64,000 nt of DNA from a virus (lineage: Duplodnaviria > Caudoviricetes), in the IMG/VR virus record IMGVR_UViG_3300037310_000131, positions 9,446 through 73,445 of that record; one strand, 5' to 3'. Both the position numbers and the translations under genes were made by a program. Below the pieces are notes generated by a model, which was not told the origin of the DNA, did no database searches, and worked only from the letters and a program-made list of their open reading frames with translations. Every line of letters begins with the position of its first letter. Positions within the stretch are counted from its first letter, which is position 1. Below are positions 60,941 through 64,000 of the stretch, in pieces.

Positions 60941-61584
60941 ATGTTCTCCTATGGTTGTTGTTGTTGTTGCTGTTCGCCTTGCGGCGCAAAACTTACCTCA
61001 GTTAAGATTAGCTTTGCACCGCAGACCGATAGCACTACGCTTTTTTACGGGTGAGCTTCCCATTGCGCTATCGGTACAAAACTTATCGTACGCTGCGCAC
61101 CGGCTTGCTATCACCGGTGCCAGCCTTTCGTCTATTGTGCCTTACGGTAGAACTCCTGCCATATCAAGCCGGGGGAGGGTACCCGACACAAACTGATAGC
61201 TACCATTAATGATGGTCACCGCTACCAGTCGATTAAAGCACGACATATTAACCACGACTCGTGCTGGAGTCCTGAGGGAGTTTTGGAATGGATCCGCTCG
61301 GCCGTGCGGGGACGGTGGCATCCGGGGGGACGATCCACTCGGGTCGGGGGGAAGAGTCTTCCCACCATTCACCCGGACCCGGAATCTCCCGGGTGGAGGA
61401 GGGTTCCTGTTCAACCCACAAGGTCCATCGGTCCAGACCCGACTTAATGGACCACAGTATACCACGGGTGGGGCGCCTGTGTAGTCGGGTAAACACCTCA
61501 TTTTAAAGCCAGCCCGTCCACAGAGGGGAAAATAGGGTGTTCACCCTACCCTAATCCGGGGCGGGCGAAGACATCCCGCAGCCG

Positions 61585-62476
61585 TTGAGACTGAGTCGCA
61601 ACAAGCCTCGTCTAACTGTAGCATGCGCTAACTGTAGAGCAGAAGTCTAACACTAGCGCATCCACTCTTTGCAGCCTTTACAGCCTTTACAGCCTTTACA
61701 GCCTTTACGGCCTTTACGATCCGTCACCGCGGGTCGCCCTGTTATTGAGACTCAGTCTCATTAAGCGGTATGCGGGGGTGGACGGGAGGCTTGCGACTCA
61801 GTCTCAACTCACCTTATTGAGACCCAGTCTCAATGAGGCGGGCACGCGCGCGCGCGCATAATGGGTGGTGGTCTGCGCGTCCTACTTGCATAACCAGCGC
61901 ACAGCTGCTCAGTTGCGCAACACTGTTACACAATATTCATTACGTCCACAAATCAGCAAGTTGCGACACACCATAGACTTGGGGTAATTTTACACTGCTG
62001 AGACCCAGTCTCACCCACCACCCCCGCCACCCCCCCCGGCCGCCGCGCACGCCCTACCATAAAAATGCCCCCGTATGGACTTCTGTGTACGCCCGGGCTA
62101 GAAAATTTCTGAACGTTAGCAGGTGCGTGGTCGGGGCCGGGGCAGGCAAGTTGATGGGGTGGGGGCGGGAAAATTTACGATATGGGGCTATGCGGCACAG
62201 CTCATGGGGGTGCGGTGAATGGCAGGGGTAATCGCCGCATGTGATACAGAATGCTCAGAATTTCCAGATATGGCCTCTGTCCTGTTGCTCTGGGAGTGTT
62301 CTGTATGCCTCTCCCTAGTCTTGGTACTATCCCTAGTGTTGGGATGGTTTCTAGGGGCTCTGGGATGGCTAGGTGCTCACGGCGGCGTGGCCGTCCGTTC
62401 CGCTCCTAGGGTTCAGGCGCTACGTGGGTCCGTCCTAGCTCGTCCTTGGCTGTGGCTTGTTGAGACTCAGTCTCAA
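61585..62476. repeat. Six copies of a 17-bp palindrome TTGAGAC-TSA-GTCTCAA (with variants)
   Basis: Copies start at 61585, 61745, 61791, 61817, 61998 and 62460. Confidence 0.8.
61672..61716. repeat. Five tandem 9-mers CAGCCTTTA
   Basis: Four perfect copies plus CGGCCTTTA. Confidence 0.9.
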
Positions 62477-62681
62477 TAAGAATGTAAAAGCCGGACTGGC
62501 GCCTGACCAGCACCCACGGGGCACCGAGGGCTTGGCGCTCGAAGCGCAGCCACTGGCCATCAACCGGCTGCTCGGCCCACGGTGAGAACACCTCGACGCC
62601 GTTCATCAGGTGCGAGCCGGGCGAGAAGTGGTCTGGGGAAAGGGTGTCCCCGAGCTGCATGCTGCGGAAATCCGGGTTCAT
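62406..62681 (-). CDS. Hypothetical protein
   Basis: ATGA-type coupling with the upstream ORF. Confidence 0.45.
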   Translation of the reverse strand: MNPDFRSMQLGDTLSPDHFSPGSHLMNGVEVFSPWAEQPVDGQWLRFERQALGAPWVLVRRQSGFYILIETESQQATAKDELGRTHVAPEP

Positions 62682-62794
62682 GGTTTGGCCTGTGGCCTCC
62701 CGCCAAAGCGGTACATTCGAGCGATAACGCCTACCCCGATAGGCGCTAAACCTGTTTTCGTTGGATAACGCCCGCTATAGCGGGAATTATTCAT
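62678..62794 (-). CDS. Hypothetical protein
   Basis: Short coupled ORF. Confidence 0.35.
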   Translation of the reverse strand: MNNSRYSGRYPTKTGLAPIGVGVIARMYRFGGRPQAKP

Positions 62795-63294
62795 GGCCTG
62801 ATCTCCAGCTTCACCTGAATGCCCTTGGCGGCGAGGAGGGCAAGGCAGGCGGCGAGGGGGAAGTCGGGGGCACCGACACACACCTTGTCTTGGTATCTTT
62901 TGATGGCCACGAGCGACCGAAATACCGTGACCTCACATTGCGCGGCCTTGGGGTAATCGTAGCACCAACGCACTTCATAAGCCTTGGTTCTCTCCAGCAG
63001 CGGCAGCACCGCATCAGCGGAGCGGGAGAAGCGGGGAACAAACCGGCGTTCACCATTGACCGTTCCGCGCCACCCGGCCCACGGGTAAATCTCTCGGGTG
63101 TCTATGTCCACGTTCTCGCCTTCTTCGTGGCGGATGTCAGAAAACCCCGCCACACGCTCGGCCACCAGCGCATCCAGCTGTTCGTGGGAGGTGATAAGCT
63201 CTAAGTGGCCGTCTGTGGCGTGGCTGTGAATCAAAGCGAAGCCCCCCTTGTTGCGGGGCTCGCGGACTGCAATGGCTGATTTGAACTGGCGCAT
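62791..63294 (-). CDS. Phage ABA-sandwich-like domain protein
   Basis: LDALVAERV...PRFSRSADAVLPLLE...PLAACLALLAA. Confidence 0.6.
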   Translation of the reverse strand: MRQFKSAIAVREPRNKGGFALIHSHATDGHLELITSHEQLDALVAERVAGFSDIRHEEGENVDIDTREIYPWAGWRGTVNGERRFVPRFSRSADAVLPLLERTKAYEVRWCYDYPKAAQCEVTVFRSLVAIKRYQDKVCVGAPDFPLAACLALLAAKGIQVKLEIRP

Positions 63295-63332
63295 TTGGGC
63301 AATGGGTTTTCAGGAGCCGAAAAATCAGGCCG

Positions 63333-64000
63333 TTACTTCAGGGCCTGTTTGCCCGACACGATGACACCTTTGCCATAACCCTTTAGGTTTTGGACAACCG
63401 TGCCACGGTTGTCGGTGACCGTGCCATAGTTGCGGGTGATCGTGCCACAGTTGCGGGTGGTATCGCCATAGTTGTCCATGACCGCGCCAGAGTTGTGGGT
63501 GACCGTGCCAGGGTTGTAGGTGACCGCGCCATGGTTGCGGGTGACCGTGCCATAGTTGCGGGTGACTGTGCCATGGTTGTGGGTGACTGTGCCATGGTTT
63601 TCGGTGACCGTGCCATGGTTGTGGGTGACTGTGCCAGAGTTGTAGGCGACCGTGCCATAGTTGTAGGCGACCGTGCCAGAGTTGTGGGTGACATCGCCAT
63701 AGTTGGCGGTGACCTTGCCAGAGTTGGCCACAATCCGCGTCATTGGCCCAACCGAAACCTCGTAGTCAGGCGGAACAATCCACGCTCCCCCTAGCAGCGT
63801 CATGCCCGACCTGGGAACGAGCATACACTTTACAATTTCTGCCAGCTTGGCTGCAACCGCCTCCTGCATGTCCTCGTCGAACCATTCCGGGGTGCGTCCC
63901 TCATCAATGCGCAGGCTGTAGGTGTCCAGCAGGTGTGCCTTGCTGGCGTCCTCGGGAGAATACTCCACCCGCGCAAAGCGAAGCCGCCCATCATCGCGCA
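63333..64000 (-). CDS. Protein with 7-residue N[SYH]G[TD]Vxx repeats (beta-helix-like), 5' end beyond the window
   Basis: More than 15 tandem heptads; the frame is open to the window edge. Confidence 0.7.
   Translation of the reverse strand, partial: RDDGRLRFARVEYSPEDASKAHLLDTYSLRIDEGRTPEWFDEDMQEAVAAKLAEIVKCMLVPRSGMTLLGGAWIVPPDYEVSVGPMTRIVANSGKVTANYGDVTHNSGTVAYNYGTVAYNSGTVTHNHGTVTENHGTVTHNHGTVTRNYGTVTRNHGAVTYNPGTVTHNSGAVMDNYGDTTRNCGTITRNYGTVTDNRGTVVQNLKGYGKGVIVSGKQALK

Overview
The window is most of a tailed dsDNA phage genome with podovirus-like gene order and standard genetic code; the host is not identifiable from sequence. Layout: RNase HI; a 4.8-kb non-coding RNA island (about 600-5450); a replication block (HNH, initiator-like protein, DnaB); a morphogenesis block (portal, scaffold-like protein, major capsid, collagen-like fibres, tail tube proteins, C1q fibre, ejection proteins and a 2271-aa polyvalent protein); SSB-like and exonuclease genes; a sugar-modification cluster; terminase with an intein; a minus-strand early region (DUF932, GP88, glutamine amidotransferase, amidoligase); and a repeat-rich non-coding region. 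The RNA island is the strongest signal. Manual folding gives 38 CCA-encoding tRNAs covering all 20 amino acids, 21 of them with the conserved G18/U55 elbow pair replaced by A18/G55. It also holds a ~220-nt RNase P RNA with a full catalytic domain but almost no specificity domain, a 68-nt tmRNA reduced to its tRNA-like domain, a circularly permuted tRNA-like element, and several unassigned structured RNAs. All folds and family calls were made by eye, without covariance-model or HMM searches.
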